13,692 nt of DNA from an archaeon (GTDB lineage: Archaea > Iainarchaeota > Iainarchaeia > Iainarchaeales > CSSED10-239): NCBI GenBank assembly GCA_037147375.1, contig JBAWVI010000016.1:1-13692 (forward strand). The letters run 5' to 3'. This document shows, piece by piece, positions 13,351-13,692 of the stretch (position 1 is the first letter of the stretch; the number at the start of each line of letters is the position of its first letter). The notes under the pieces are model-generated. The model worked only from the letters and a program-made list of their open reading frames with translations. It was not told the DNA's origin and ran no database searches. The translations under genes and the position numbers were made by a program.

Positions 13351-13423
13351 GCCCTTGTAGCTCCAGTGATAGAGCGGTTGTTTCGTAAACAACAGGTCGT
13401 GGGTTTGAATCCCACCAAGGGCT
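13351..13423 (+). tRNA. tRNA-Thr: tRNA-Thr, anticodon CGU, no encoded CCA, followed by an oligo-T run
   Basis: Manual fold: acceptor GCCCTTG/CAAGGGC, D-stem GCTC/GAGC, anticodon stem GTTGT/ACAAC with loop UUCGUAA (anticodon CGU). Variable loop AGGTC, T-stem GTGGG/CCCAC, discriminator U, then TTTT. All four stems are perfect Watson-Crick. The D-loop (CAGTGATA) and T-loop (TTTGAAT) are non-canonical. Confidence 0.88.
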
Positions 13424-13481
13424 TTTTACTAAAGGTTAAAAGCCCACTATTTAAAAGCTTTTCCTTTTATATAATCTATAT

Positions 13482-13692
13482 ATGAACGGAAGAAGTATTC
13501 ACAATTTTGAGAAGAGAGTTTCTCAAGCACAAAAATCAATTGAGGCATCATCTATTTCTAAGACTAATAAACAACTCATATCTTATTTTATTGATGAGTG
13601 TTATAAATCAGGGATAGGTGCTGCAAGAATAAGCAAATGTATCATAACAATGAAGCTTATTGCACAATCAATGAATAAAGACTTAGATAAGG
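13482..13692 (+). CDS. Tyrosine recombinase/integrase-like protein, N-terminal 70 codons only (runs off the right edge)
   Basis: Absent from the track because it has no stop. My translation from ATG 13482 is MNGRSIHNFEKRVSQAQKSIEASSISKTNKQLISYFIDECYKSGIGAARISKCIITMKLIAQSMNKDLDK. The pattern (N/S)K-x-L-I-x-x-F-x-x-E/D-C-x-x-x-G-(I/L)-x-x-x-R-(I/V)-x-K-x-x-x-x-(L/M)-x-x-(I/L)-A-x-x-(L/M) resembles the N-terminal SAM-like domain of archaeal integrase-family proteins as I recall them. It lies 58 nt downstream of a tRNA 3' end. The catalytic domain is not visible. Confidence 0.45.
   Translation, partial: MNGRSIHNFEKRVSQAQKSIEASSISKTNKQLISYFIDECYKSGIGAARISKCIITMKLIAQSMNKDLDK

Overview
This is a strongly AT-rich, very gene-dense window. 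Spacers are 1-30 nt, there is one 1-nt stop/start overlap, and one convergent gene pair is separated by a single base. Gene content and signals point to an anaerobic archaeon with a compact genome. The supporting evidence is an Ogg2-type 8-oxoguanine glycosylase almost colinear with the Methanocaldococcus enzyme, an alpha2 (archaeal/eukaryotic-type) glycyl-tRNA synthetase, rubrerythrin plus desulfoferrodoxin, TATA-like boxes about 25 nt upstream of several starts, GGTGA-type Shine-Dalgarno motifs, and tRNA genes without encoded CCA. The lineage (DPANN-like versus small methanogen-like) cannot be resolved from this window. Layout: (1) 1-5766, minus strand, is an apparent six-gene operon: coiled-coil protein, membrane-anchored multi-beta-sandwich protein, FkbM methyltransferase, gmd, fcl, and a second FkbM methyltransferase truncated by the window edge. 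(2) 5909-8021, plus strand, holds rbr-dfx with a hairpin/oligo-T terminator, then a small wHTH-like ORF tightly coupled to ogg. (3) 8091-10413 is an accessory islet: a PIN-like gene, an RHH+UPF0175-like fusion gene, a Bro-N/DinD-like gene, and a repeat-containing wHTH ORF with no ATG start. It ends at the 3' end of tRNA-Leu(UAG) (10453-10534, minus). (4) 10699-13290 holds glyS with a start/stop-overlapped small membrane protein and a convergent FNR-like flavoprotein. (5) 13351-13423 is tRNA-Thr(CGU) with unusual D and T loops, followed by the 5' end of an integrase-like ORF that runs off the right edge. I saw no rRNA, CRISPR array, transposase or IS element. The most unusual parts are the tRNA-Leu-flanked accessory islet and the surface-glycan/adhesin-like operon. 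All functional calls come from my own motif recognition; no database search was run.
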